Assembly (NCBI GenBank): GCA_028714495.1
Contig: JAQTMH010000004.1
Span: forward strand, 64,232-128,231
Source: Patescibacteria group bacterium
GTDB taxonomy: Bacteria; Patescibacteriota; Patescibacteriia; JAHIZJ01
DNA: 64,000 nucleotides
Direction: 5' to 3'
Positions 38,742-48,175 of this stretch are shown one piece after another. Under the pieces are notes generated by a model. It was not told the DNA's origin. It was given only the letters and a program-made list of their open reading frames with translations, and did not search any database. Numbering within the stretch: position 1 is the first letter of the stretch; every line of letters starts with the position of its first letter. Both the position numbers and the translations under genes were made by a program.

Positions 38742-41156
38742 ATGCCGAAAACCAAGGGCAAAAAATTAATTTTGTGGTTTAAAGAAATCCGCAAAACTGA
38801 CGTAGGTTTGGTCGGCGGAAAAAATGCCTCGCTGGGAGAAATGTATCGCTTCCTAACTCCGCGAGGCGTTTTAATTCCAAACGGATTTGCCACCACCGCG
38901 TCAGCTTACCAAATTTTCTTGAAAGAGGCGGGGATAAAAAACGAAATCAGGAAAATTCTCGAGCAAACGAACATCCATAATATCCAAAGCCTGATGGCCG
39001 GCGGCCGAAAGATCAGAGAAACGATTTTACGGGCGGAATTTCCCAAGAAGCTGAATGAGCAGATCATCAAATCATACCGCCAGTTGGAGAAAGAGTTTGG
39101 CCGGAATTGCGATGTGGCGGTCCGCTCTTCGGCCACAGCCGAGGATTTGCCTGATGCCTCATTCGCGGGCCAGCAGGAAACCTTCCTCAATACTCGGGGT
39201 CCCAAGGAACTTTTGCTGGCTTGCAAGAAATGTTATGCCTCGCTCTTCACCAACCGGGCGATTTCCTACCGTCAAGACAAGGGTTTTGACCACTTTAAAA
39301 TCTCGCTTTCCATCGGTGTCCAAAAAATGGTCCGATCGGATTTAGCCGCCTCCGGGGTTATTTTCACGCTCGACACCGAGAGCGGGTTTAAAGACGTGGT
39401 GCTGATTAATAGCTCATACGGTTTGGGCGAGAACGTTGTCCAGGGCAAGGTTAACCCTGATGAATATTACGTATTTAAGCCGACATTGGCTAAGGGCTAT
39501 AGCGCGATCATCTCCCGGCACCTTGGCAATAAAACGCCGAAGATGATTTACAGCAAGAATCCGGCAAAGCCCACGGTTGACGTACCGGTCAGCGAAACGG
39601 ATCAGGCAAAATTCTGCATTACCGATCGGGAGGTATTGAAGCTGGCCAAATGGGCGGTGATAATCGAGGAACATTACCAGCGGCCGATGGACATCGAGTG
39701 GGCCAAGGATGGACAGACCGGCAAGATGTTTATCGTCCAGGCCCGGCCCGAAACAGTCCAATCGCAGCGCGATTATTCGGTACTGGAGGATTATCGTCTC
39801 GCTCGCCGAGGCAAGGTTTTGATAACCGGTTCGCCAGTCGGTTCAAGAATCGGCGCCGGCACGGCTAATGTCATCAGAGACGTAAAAGATATCAGCAAGT
39901 TTAAAAAAGGCGAGGTCCTGGTTACGGACATGACTGATCCGGACTGGGAGCCGATTATGAAGATTGCCTCGGCCATTGTCACAAATCGGGGCGGCCGGAC
40001 TTGCCACGCGGCGATTGTTTCACGCGAGCTTGGCATCCCCTGCATCGTCGGAACTAAAAATGGCACGCAGAAAATAAAGACTGGCCGTCAGATCACGATT
40101 TCCTGCGCCGAGGGCGAGATCGGCTATGTTTATGAGGGTCTTTTGAAATTCACCGTTAAGAAAACCAGCATTAAAAATTTGAAACGCCCGAAAACCAAGA
40201 TCATGATGAACCTGGGCGATCCGGACCAGGCGTTTGAATACAGCTTCATACCGAATGACGGCGTGGGTTTGGCGCGTGAGGAATTTATCATCAATTCGTT
40301 TATCAAAGTCCATCCCGGCGCGCTGCTCAACTTCGGCCGGTTAAAAGACCCCAAGGCCAGAAAGATTATCACTAGCCTGACTAAGGGCTATCCGAGCAAA
40401 AAACAGTATTTTATTGATCGGCTTGCCTCAGGTATCGGCATTATCGCCGCGGCGTTCTATCCCAAGGATGTGATCGTCCGCCTCTCGGATTTTAAAACTA
40501 ATGAATACGCCAATCTCATCGGCGGCCGGCAGTTTGAACCGGTGGAAACCAATCCGATGATCGGCTGGCGCGGCGCTTCCCGGTATTATGATCCGAACTT
40601 TGCCGCGGCTTTCGGACTGGAATGCCTGGCCCTAAAAAAGGTTCGCAGCGATATGGGTTTGACTAACGTGAAGATAATGGTGCCTTTCTGCCGAACCGTG
40701 GAAGAGGGGAAAAAGGTTTTGGCTGAAATGGCAAAATACGGCCTGGTTTCTGGAAGAAATGGACTGGAAGTCTACGTGATGTGCGAGATTCCCTCAAACG
40801 TGATACTGGCTGATGATTTTTCAAAGATCTTCGACGGCTTCTCTATCGGCTCGAACGATTTGACCCAGCTCACGCTCGGTCTGGATCGCGACTCGCAATT
40901 GGTCAGCCATATCTATGACGAGCGCAACCCGGCGGTTAAAAATTTAATTGCCGAGGTTATCCGCAAGGCTAAGAAGAACAAGCGGAAAATCGGCATCTGC
41001 GGCCAGGCCCCGTCGGATTATCCCGAGTTTGCCCGATTTATTGTCGAGGAGGGCATTGACAGCATGTCGCTCAACCCCGATACCGTGATAAAGACCACTC
41101 TGGATATATTGAAGCTGGAAAAGAAATTAGGTGGCCGGCCAAAGAGAAAAAGATAA
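38742..41156 (+). CDS. ppsA: Phosphoenolpyruvate synthase
   Basis: VGGKNASLGEM, AVRSSATAEDLPDASFAGQQET, GGRTCHAAIV, SIGSNDLTQL. Confidence 0.97.
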   Translation: MPKTKGKKLILWFKEIRKTDVGLVGGKNASLGEMYRFLTPRGVLIPNGFATTASAYQIFLKEAGIKNEIRKILEQTNIHNIQSLMAGGRKIRETILRAEFPKKLNEQIIKSYRQLEKEFGRNCDVAVRSSATAEDLPDASFAGQQETFLNTRGPKELLLACKKCYASLFTNRAISYRQDKGFDHFKISLSIGVQKMVRSDLAASGVIFTLDTESGFKDVVLINSSYGLGENVVQGKVNPDEYYVFKPTLAKGYSAIISRHLGNKTPKMIYSKNPAKPTVDVPVSETDQAKFCITDREVLKLAKWAVIIEEHYQRPMDIEWAKDGQTGKMFIVQARPETVQSQRDYSVLEDYRLARRGKVLITGSPVGSRIGAGTANVIRDVKDISKFKKGEVLVTDMTDPDWEPIMKIASAIVTNRGGRTCHAAIVSRELGIPCIVGTKNGTQKIKTGRQITISCAEGEIGYVYEGLLKFTVKKTSIKNLKRPKTKIMMNLGDPDQAFEYSFIPNDGVGLAREEFIINSFIKVHPGALLNFGRLKDPKARKIITSLTKGYPSKKQYFIDRLASGIGIIAAAFYPKDVIVRLSDFKTNEYANLIGGRQFEPVETNPMIGWRGASRYYDPNFAAAFGLECLALKKVRSDMGLTNVKIMVPFCRTVEEGKKVLAEMAKYGLVSGRNGLEVYVMCEIPSNVILADDFSKIFDGFSIGSNDLTQLTLGLDRDSQLVSHIYDERNPAVKNLIAEVIRKAKKNKRKIGICGQAPSDYPEFARFIVEEGIDSMSLNPDTVIKTTLDILKLEKKLGGRPKRKR

Positions 41157-41336
41157 ATAACATCAGAAGAAATATACGGCTTCCCGAGCGTAAAAACTCG
41201 GGAAGTTTGTTTATCAATATAGTACTCGCTGACGATTTTTTGAGTATTGACATTTTTGATAAAATAGTCTACCTTTTTAACTGCCTGTAATTTGGTGTGG
41301 AAGCGGCTTCAAAACCACTAGGAGGACGTAGCTAAA

Positions 41337-41636
41337 ATGGCATATGGCGATCAGACACCAGCGAGGGTCTCCAAGGTGCGCCTGGATGGTGTACTAGGTG
41401 AACAGTCGGTCAGAGAAACGAGGCGGCCGGAGGAATGGAATGATGTATTGAGCACGGTTCAGCTGCGCTCAATCGGCGATGGCCGGGTTCATGTGCGCAA
41501 TATCTGCGGTGATGTCCGAGTGGACGGCCAGCGGATCGGCGCAGCCCAGAGCATCACGCTCGAACCCGGGGCCCACTTCCAGGTGAATGGCCTGGTTGGT
41601 CAGATCATCGATCGGGCTCCCCACAGACCTTCGTAG
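41337..41636 (+). CDS. Small orphan protein, degenerate FHA-like beta-sandwich (stand-alone cassette)
   Basis: V.VRN...DVRVDGQRI......LEPG..FQV pattern; AGGAGG SD, TTGACA at 41247, hairpin terminator 41657-41710. Confidence 0.6.
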   Translation: MAYGDQTPARVSKVRLDGVLGEQSVRETRRPEEWNDVLSTVQLRSIGDGRVHVRNICGDVRVDGQRIGAAQSITLEPGAHFQVNGLVGQIIDRAPHRPS

Positions 41637-41821
41637 TACGACTTCCACACGCTTACCCCGACCCCGTACCAGTCGCTAACGCTTCGGTACAGGGTTCGGG
41701 GTTCTTTATTTAATGAGTATTTTCAGTTATAGTGAGTATAGTTTTAGAGAGGTCGTCCCGGAATAAATCCGGGACAGGTGCCATGGTCTCGTGTGCTACA
41801 TTAGCAGAACGTGTATGGAGC

Positions 41822-41908
41822 GGAGGCGTGCCAGAGCGGTTGAATGGGCGTCCCTGGAAAGGACGTATACCCGAAAGGGTATCAGAGGTTCAAATCCTCT
41901 CGCCTCCG
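41822..41908 (+). tRNA. tRNA-Ser(GGA)
   Basis: Acceptor GGAGGCG/CGCCTCC, anticodon arm CGTCC-CTGGAAA-GGACG, long variable arm, GTTCAAA T-loop. Confidence 0.96.
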
Positions 41909-41959
41909 CCCCATATATGTTTGTGAATCCATGCCCCGTCTCTCTGCCCTAGCGCGGGT

Positions 41960-41971
41960 TCGCCTCCGCCA
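41960..41971 (+). repeat. Duplicate of tRNA-Ser 3' end (att-like)
   Basis: TCGCCTCCGCC at 41900 and TCGCCTCCGCCA at 41960. Confidence 0.6.
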
Positions 41972-42014
41972 GTTAAAAAGAGTTTTAGATATTTAATTAT
42001 TGGCTAGAAACAGA

Positions 42015-42398
42015 ATGAAACACGCGTTGAAAATTTTCGGTTACGGTTTTCTTCTATTCATTATAACGATGGTTCTTTTGTTCCTTCTCTCGATGATCAC
42101 TGGTTCGGATTCACCGGTGGGTTTTTGGTGGGTTGGGGTAGTCTTAGCGATTATCATGACAGCCACATCTTTTTGGTTTTCCCGTGGTCTGCACCCGGCC
42201 ACAGCCAAACAGGCGTTTTCTCTTGGATTAACCTGGGCAATAATGCTGGCTGGGTTTCTCCTCGTCATTGCCATTCCCAATGGTACGACTGATATCGTTT
42301 TTGGCAACTGGAGCACATACCTGGTCTTTGTTGGGGTAGCGGTCGGACCAGTATTTATGAAGCCGAGGCCGGTTGCGCCTAATACAAAAATGCAGTAA
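42015..42398 (+). CDS. Hypothetical membrane protein (4 TM)
   Basis: Hydrophobic ORF starting MKHALK. Confidence 0.75.
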   Translation: MKHALKIFGYGFLLFIITMVLLFLLSMITGSDSPVGFWWVGVVLAIIMTATSFWFSRGLHPATAKQAFSLGLTWAIMLAGFLLVIAIPNGTTDIVFGNWSTYLVFVGVAVGPVFMKPRPVAPNTKMQ

Positions 42399-42407
42399 GA
42401 ATATTCA

Positions 42408-42436
42408 CGAGCGCAGGCACGGAGACCTGCGCTCGG
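42408..42436 (+). repeat. REP-like hairpin CGAGCGCAGG-CACGGAGA-CCTGCGCTCG
   Basis: 10-bp stem; further copies at 44642, 44905, 45017 and 45287 (inverted). Confidence 0.8.
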
Positions 42437-42465
42437 AGATGAAAACAACACTCTTATTAAATATT

Positions 42466-42819
42466 ATGAAACTCTTCAAATCTACTATCATCTTTTTCTA
42501 CCTCATTGCCGCTTTTTGGATTGCCTTCGGCGTGATGTGGCTGTTTCAAGAGTCGGATTACCGATGGTTCTACTTTACCGGAGCGCTTAGTAACGCAATC
42601 ATGCTGGCTATTTTGACTTATCTCATGAGCCGCGGCCGGAAATGGGCATATTGGTTGTTAGTCATTCTTCTGGCTTTAAATATTATTTTGACGATTACCG
42701 ATCAGATCGGCTGGTTTGACCTGGCGTATCTGGTGCCGGCTGTGGCGGCATTTATTTTGATTTTGAAGGTGAAAAAAGAAGTGACTACGGCAAAGAGTGA
42801 AAAGCAGATTATTAAATAA
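42466..42819 (+). CDS. Hypothetical membrane protein (4 TM)
   Basis: Hydrophobic ORF starting MKLFKS. Confidence 0.75.
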   Translation: MKLFKSTIIFFYLIAAFWIAFGVMWLFQESDYRWFYFTGALSNAIMLAILTYLMSRGRKWAYWLLVILLALNIILTITDQIGWFDLAYLVPAVAAFILILKVKKEVTTAKSEKQIIK

Positions 42820-42829
42820 TTAGAAAAAA

Positions 42830-43090
42830 ATGAATGAAAGAGGACAAGAAAACCCAATAGAAAGAGAAGGCGGCGGCATTGAGACTGCCACCTCGTTTGA
42901 CGAGCTTTACGTGGCAATCCGCGCGCAAGGAAAAATAGTCGGTTCGCGAGAGGAATATGAGCCAGAAGAAATTATCGATCTCATCGAGGGTGTCAGGCTC
43001 GGCGGTATCAGATTAAATTATGTCACGCGTAGCAACGGCATTAGGGATGCAGTGAGACGCCTACTCCAGGTAGAGAAACCGGGGGAGTAG
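42830..43090 (+). CDS. Small hypothetical protein
   Basis: SFDELY..IR..G.I.GS...Y...VTR..GIR ORF co-oriented in gene string. Confidence 0.7.
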   Translation: MNERGQENPIEREGGGIETATSFDELYVAIRAQGKIVGSREEYEPEEIIDLIEGVRLGGIRLNYVTRSNGIRDAVRRLLQVEKPGE

Positions 43091-43162
43091 TGTGATGGGG
43101 GTGGGGGTTGGGGTGAGGAAAGAACACGTATATAGATTTATTGGTGATAAACACTAATAATT

Positions 43163-44188
43163 ATGGATTCATCTCTGATTAGTAAAAAGGTGGTAAAAGT
43201 ACATGCACATTGTTTATTTCCATTAAGCACTAATGGAAAATATTCTTTTAAATTCGGCAGTTGGAAGCTCATTGAACACAATAATTTTATTGCGATATTT
43301 GAAACTAATATTGATATTAATAACCCTGAATTACATCGAGAGTATTACAAATTATTAAATAAATTAGAATGTATTTTATCTGCTGTATATCTTATTGATT
43401 TTATACCAAAGAGAATTGATTATTTTGAAATTGAAAAATTATCTGATCTTACTCGTAATGAGCAGATACGACTAGTGACGATATTTGGAAACAAGCCTTT
43501 TGTACCAACAACCATAGAGCACGAAGCCCACAGATCATTTAGTAGTATGGGTATGGTGCATATGTTTTTAAAAGCGCAGCGGGGTATTAATTATTCGGCG
43601 CCAACTCAAGATATAAAAACATTGTATGAATTTTTGAATGAGCATACAAACATAGCAAATAGTACAGGGTTAATTCGAGAGGGATATTGGAATCTAAACT
43701 ACTTAAATCAAAACCAATTATATGGTTATTTTAACGAGTATTCCCTACGAAGCGCAATATTATTAATTGTATCAGGACTTGAGAATATTTTTACAAAAGG
43801 GGCAAAGCAAGAGATAATTTATCAATTCTCGACCATTGGGAGTATTTATTATGACAGATTTGTAACAAATGATTATTTTAATCAATTTGATAACGTAAAA
43901 AAAATACCATCAAGAGATTTCAGAATAATATTAAAAAAATTATATGATATTCGTTCGGCGATTGCCCACGGTAGCAGTGGTTTTCTCGGAAGTAAAATAA
44001 AGGAGACTAACGAAATATTTTGTAGAATGGGTATGCGTCAGGTTCAATATAAAAATATTCAGCTTTTAAGAGCTAATGCATTAATGTTATTTTCATTCCT
44101 TCAACCGCATATTCACGGAATTATAGTTCAAGCAAAAGAGAAATTAAGTATGGGGGGAGAGATAATCGAAGATACATTTATCAATTAG
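43163..44188 (+). CDS. HEPN-domain protein (ApeA-like), AT-rich
   Basis: C-terminal LYDIRSAIAHG (RxxxxH) preceded by GLE.IF; visibly lower GC than flanks. Confidence 0.7.
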   Translation: MDSSLISKKVVKVHAHCLFPLSTNGKYSFKFGSWKLIEHNNFIAIFETNIDINNPELHREYYKLLNKLECILSAVYLIDFIPKRIDYFEIEKLSDLTRNEQIRLVTIFGNKPFVPTTIEHEAHRSFSSMGMVHMFLKAQRGINYSAPTQDIKTLYEFLNEHTNIANSTGLIREGYWNLNYLNQNQLYGYFNEYSLRSAILLIVSGLENIFTKGAKQEIIYQFSTIGSIYYDRFVTNDYFNQFDNVKKIPSRDFRIILKKLYDIRSAIAHGSSGFLGSKIKETNEIFCRMGMRQVQYKNIQLLRANALMLFSFLQPHIHGIIVQAKEKLSMGGEIIEDTFIN

Positions 44189-44244
44189 TGATTTGTTTCG
44201 AAATACGTATCAATACTGATTAAACTTATAAAAACATTATTATT

Positions 44245-44601
44245 ATGAAATTCATTAAGTCGTCAGATAAACCCTGGGAGGAGAAAAAGGGGTATAGCAA
44301 GAAAATCTTTCTTGATGAAGAAGATTTGCATACGCCAGGCGCGCGTATTCAACTGATAAAAATCAAACCGAAGGAAACGGCGAAAAATCATTACCATAAA
44401 AAGCAAACGGAAATTTCTTATTTCCTAAATAACAACGGATTTTATATTGTTAATGGTATAAAGCAGCAAGTGGAAGCAGGCGATGTCATTGTTATCGAGC
44501 CCAATGATCGGCACGAAGTGGTTAATAATACTAATAGTGATTTCTTGTATGTTGTTTACAAGCTTAATTATGCCGAAGACGATCTTTTTTGGGGAAAATG
44601 A
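44245..44601 (+). CDS. Cupin domain protein
   Basis: HYHKKQTE motif 1 and GD...IEP...H motif 2. Confidence 0.88.
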   Translation: MKFIKSSDKPWEEKKGYSKKIFLDEEDLHTPGARIQLIKIKPKETAKNHYHKKQTEISYFLNNNGFYIVNGIKQQVEAGDVIVIEPNDRHEVVNNTNSDFLYVVYKLNYAEDDLFWGK

Positions 44602-44701
44602 TAATGACGTGTCGAGTGCGTTGAGGGCTGATATCGACATCGCGCAGGCACGGAGACCTGCGCTCGGCGGCTATCCTAAATAACATTAACAAATAAAAAT
44701 C

Positions 44702-44884
44702 ATGTCAAACTGCTTCCAAAAAGGCGGATCAGCTGGCGCGGTCTATGGCCTGGGCTTGATCGGCGCAGCTGTTTATTTTATCGGCCACGCGGGGGGTTTT
44801 TGGATCGGCGTGCTCGGATTTCTCAAAGCGCTGGTTTGGCCGGCCATGCTGGTTTATCGCGCGCTCGAGGTTTTGTATCAATAG
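44702..44884 (+). CDS. Small 2-TM protein
   Basis: GAVYGLGLIGAAVYFI...FW.GVLG.LKALVWPA. Confidence 0.7.
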   Translation: MSNCFQKGGSAGAVYGLGLIGAAVYFIGHAGGFWIGVLGFLKALVWPAMLVYRALEVLYQ

Positions 44885-45074
44885 GGCTCGGGTGCGCCCA
44901 ACGAGAGCGCGGGCACAGACCCGCCCGCATTGCTTCACAACGCGAAGTGGGCGGGGACCCGCGCTCGGAGGATAATAATTATCCTATCGTGGGGGCGCGG
45001 AATTGAAAAAACACATCGCGCACCCGCGGAGGGGCGCGCTCGGAGGATAAAAATTATTCCACCGTTCAAATCGA

Positions 45075-45353
45075 ATGACCCAACGAAGAATTTATCAAGA
45101 CGAATTCCCGTATTTCGTAACATTTCGGACGGCTGGGGACAATCCGTTTTTTGAAAACGCGAAATACGCCGCATTATTGTCGGATATTATATTCGAGGCG
45201 GGAAAATTGAAAGGATTTGACGTTTTATCGTACCAAATCATGCCGGATCACTTACATTTATTTACTCAAAAAACCCAAACCGACCACCGAGCGCAGGCCT
45301 CCGTGCCTGCGCGTACATCGAAAACGGATCGCGCACCCCGTTTTTTACTATAG
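45075..45353 (+). pseudogene. Truncated REP-associated tyrosine transposase (RAYT, Y1 HUH family)
   Basis: YFVTFRT and IMPDHLH (HUH) motifs; coding similarity ends at an inverted REP copy (45287-45313); no catalytic Tyr region. Confidence 0.8.
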
Positions 45354-45475
45354 GCACGGGAAATCCCAGAAAATATATCTTGTTGGTATAAAGTATTAAA
45401 GGGTATAGACAAGGAATTTATATAAAAGTAAAAGCCCCAAGGAAAGTATCCATGGGGCTTCGAACGAGCTGTTGA

Positions 45476-45832
45476 TCAGATCCCGTTGGTAGGGGGCCTG
45501 ATTTCGTAATCGTCGGGACTAAAGGTTGCGCCGATTACCCGCTTGGTGATCGGATGTATCCGGCATTCGATCATCGTTCCGTATCTGATCTGCGGAGCGC
45601 CGGTTCGAACCTCGAACGGGGGAGGCTTCATAGTGAAACACCGATGTTGCGTACCGGACGATTCCGGAATGTTGATGAACAGAATGAACTTCGGATCGCT
45701 CATCGGCCCCACTTCCCAGCTGTCCACGAAGCCGCTCTTCTGGATTGTGAGCTGAGGAATAACATGGGGCGCGACCATGACGACCACACACAGCGCCGCG
45801 AACAGAACGAGCAATATGACAACTCTTCTCAT
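45476..45832 (-). CDS. Orphan secreted/membrane-anchored protein (stand-alone cassette)
   Basis: AAGGAGG SD before MRRVVILL; TTGACA-17-TAATAT promoter; terminator AAGCCCC/GGGGCTT at about 45432-45460. Confidence 0.75.
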   Translation of the reverse strand: MRRVVILLVLFAALCVVVMVAPHVIPQLTIQKSGFVDSWEVGPMSDPKFILFINIPESSGTQHRCFTMKPPPFEVRTGAPQIRYGTMIECRIHPITKRVIGATFSPDDYEIRPPTNGI

Positions 45833-45968
45833 GATCATCCTCCTTTGCAGACATCCGATTGAGTGCCAGTTGATAGTAACGAGCCATATTACCACAATGG
45901 ATCGTATTTGTCAAGGGTTTATATGTGGTATTATATATTTATAACGTAAAATTATTAAATAATTAATT

Positions 45969-47492
45969 ATGAAAAAAACACTAATTATCATTCTCGCGGT
46001 AATTATCTTAGCTGGCGCAGCTGTGGCTATTATCCGTTTTGGCTTTGGCGGGGATGAGGACACCTGGATCTGCGATAATGGCCAATGGGTGAAACACGGC
46101 AATCCATCGGCGGCACAGCCAACGACCGGTTGCGGGAACGCGACGAATACAAACACGGCAGCCAATACGAATTTACCAGTGCTGAATGTTACATACGTGC
46201 CGTACGCTAATCAAGAGCTCCTCTTTACCTTTGACACAGTAGATGAATGGACCTCGATCGCGCCTGAGGAGATCCAAAAATCCGTGACGGCTGAACAACG
46301 GCACGGATATGAGATACAGTATTTTTCTTCAAATACGGACGCGGTCACATTTTCGGTTTCAGAAAAGAAATCAGCCGAGCTCACGAATATCGCGGCCATC
46401 GTGGCTGACGACCGGTCGGTTTCAAAAGATAGTCAGAGCGTCACTTGGATAGACGAGCGTCTTGGCCAGAGTGATGCCCGAACTGAGCTGAGGCAGGTTG
46501 TCGGTACGACTGAATACACCATTTATTCACGCTATCTTATTGTTTCATCAGCTGCCGGAGAAACACGCTGGGCGCTAGCGGAAATTGGTGTTCCGTCGGC
46601 CAAGAAAAACCAATATAGCGGCGTGGTCGCGCATTTGCTTGACGCGCTGCAGCTGTCTGATGATTCATCCGGCAATGCTGATCCCTCGAAGCAACTCAAC
46701 TGGTCAACCATGGATCAGGGGCCATACCGCGACAAGGTTACGTATGCTACGGGCGCTAACCTGACAGATTGGAGAGTTTCGGGGAAAATATTGGCTGAAC
46801 ACGCTTCCGTGCCAGGCGCGGTAGTGAAAGACGGCACGATTTTTGTCTATTTCGTCGATGTCTCACAAGAAGGCCTGAAAGAACAGCTCGGTATGGTGAA
46901 ATCAACTGACAATGGGCAGACTTGGTCAACGTCAACCATACTGACAATTTCGGGCTTGGGAAATAAAGCCATGGCTGATCCAGCGCCGGTCTTGCTGGCT
47001 GATGGACGGATTCGACTCTTTTACTTTGATATCAACGAACGGCGCATAAGCATGCTGGCTAGCGGCATTGAGCCCACTAATAAGATTTATTCAGCCATAT
47101 CTAGCGATGGTGTTAATTTCACCCAGGAAGACGGCGTCCGTTTTGAACGAGCTGGGGTGTTTGATCCGGACGTCGAGCTGGTTAATGGTACCTGGTATAT
47201 GTATACGGGCGATGTTGAGACCAACCAGGTGATTGTCGCCACTTCGACTGACGGCCTGACTTTCACGGAAAAAGGCGTGGCGTATTCTGGCGGAGCCGTA
47301 CCGGATGTCTGGCAAGAAGATGGAAAATGGTATCTTTACCTGGCTGGCATTAGTCTGGCCACTTCGACTGACGGCCTGACTTTTACAGCTACAAGTACGC
47401 GGTTCAATGATCCAGCGTATAAAATAACGGCTGATCCGTCTGTGGTCCAGCTAGCGAACAACAGCTATTTGATGTTTTATAAAGTAAAGTAA
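45969..47492 (+). CDS. Secreted protein with Asp-box (BNR) sialidase/glycosidase-like propeller
   Basis: N-terminal TM, EDTWICDNGQWVKHGNP motif, STDNGQTW, SSDGVNF, STDGLTF x2, DP.V repeats. Confidence 0.8.
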   Translation: MKKTLIIILAVIILAGAAVAIIRFGFGGDEDTWICDNGQWVKHGNPSAAQPTTGCGNATNTNTAANTNLPVLNVTYVPYANQELLFTFDTVDEWTSIAPEEIQKSVTAEQRHGYEIQYFSSNTDAVTFSVSEKKSAELTNIAAIVADDRSVSKDSQSVTWIDERLGQSDARTELRQVVGTTEYTIYSRYLIVSSAAGETRWALAEIGVPSAKKNQYSGVVAHLLDALQLSDDSSGNADPSKQLNWSTMDQGPYRDKVTYATGANLTDWRVSGKILAEHASVPGAVVKDGTIFVYFVDVSQEGLKEQLGMVKSTDNGQTWSTSTILTISGLGNKAMADPAPVLLADGRIRLFYFDINERRISMLASGIEPTNKIYSAISSDGVNFTQEDGVRFERAGVFDPDVELVNGTWYMYTGDVETNQVIVATSTDGLTFTEKGVAYSGGAVPDVWQEDGKWYLYLAGISLATSTDGLTFTATSTRFNDPAYKITADPSVVQLANNSYLMFYKVK

Positions 47493-47599
47493 CAAAAATA
47501 TCGGCAACGCTTAAAAAATCTGCCAGTATAATTATCAATCAATTATTCATTTAGCAAAAAATAGGGCTAGTCAGAATAGCTGTCGATGATAGAAAAACC

Positions 47600-48169
47600 A
47601 TGAAAAAATGGAAACGCAAAAGCACGGAACTCGTTTTGGATACAAAGTATTTTAAAGTTCGCCGAGATGTTGTTGAACTTCCCGGTGGACAGCAGAAGGA
47701 TTGGACCTATTGGGACAGCAATGATTCGGCCATGGTAATCGGTCTGACAGAAGACAAAAAATTGGTAATGATCCGTCAATACCGTTATCTGGTGAACGAT
47801 GAGGTAATCGAATTTTCTTCAGGTTCACTTCATGACAATGAACCGATTGAAGTAGGGGCCAAGCGGGAGTTTGAAGAAGAAACAGGCTATACTTGTAGTC
47901 CGGAACCACTTGTAAGATTGGGTTCGTTTTATGAAACGTATGGACAGTTAAATCGTCGGATACATATTTTCTTCGCTGATAAGGTAAAAAAGTCAACGCA
48001 AACTTTGGACAATGGCGAAGACGGATATGAGGATATACGCGTTGAACTGGTTGAATACAATGAAGCTGTTAAGCTGGCGCTGGAAGGCAAGATAGCGGCT
48101 ATGGGCTCGACCTTAGCGATGCTTTTGCTACACGAGAAAAGAAAGGAACCGGGATTAAATATTGACTGA
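47600..48169 (+). CDS. NUDIX hydrolase (ADP-ribose pyrophosphatase-like)
   Basis: QYRY, G.....E.....AKREFEEETG Nudix box. Confidence 0.92.
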   Translation: MKKWKRKSTELVLDTKYFKVRRDVVELPGGQQKDWTYWDSNDSAMVIGLTEDKKLVMIRQYRYLVNDEVIEFSSGSLHDNEPIEVGAKREFEEETGYTCSPEPLVRLGSFYETYGQLNRRIHIFFADKVKKSTQTLDNGEDGYEDIRVELVEYNEAVKLALEGKIAAMGSTLAMLLLHEKRKEPGLNID

Positions 48170-48175
48170 ATAAAA

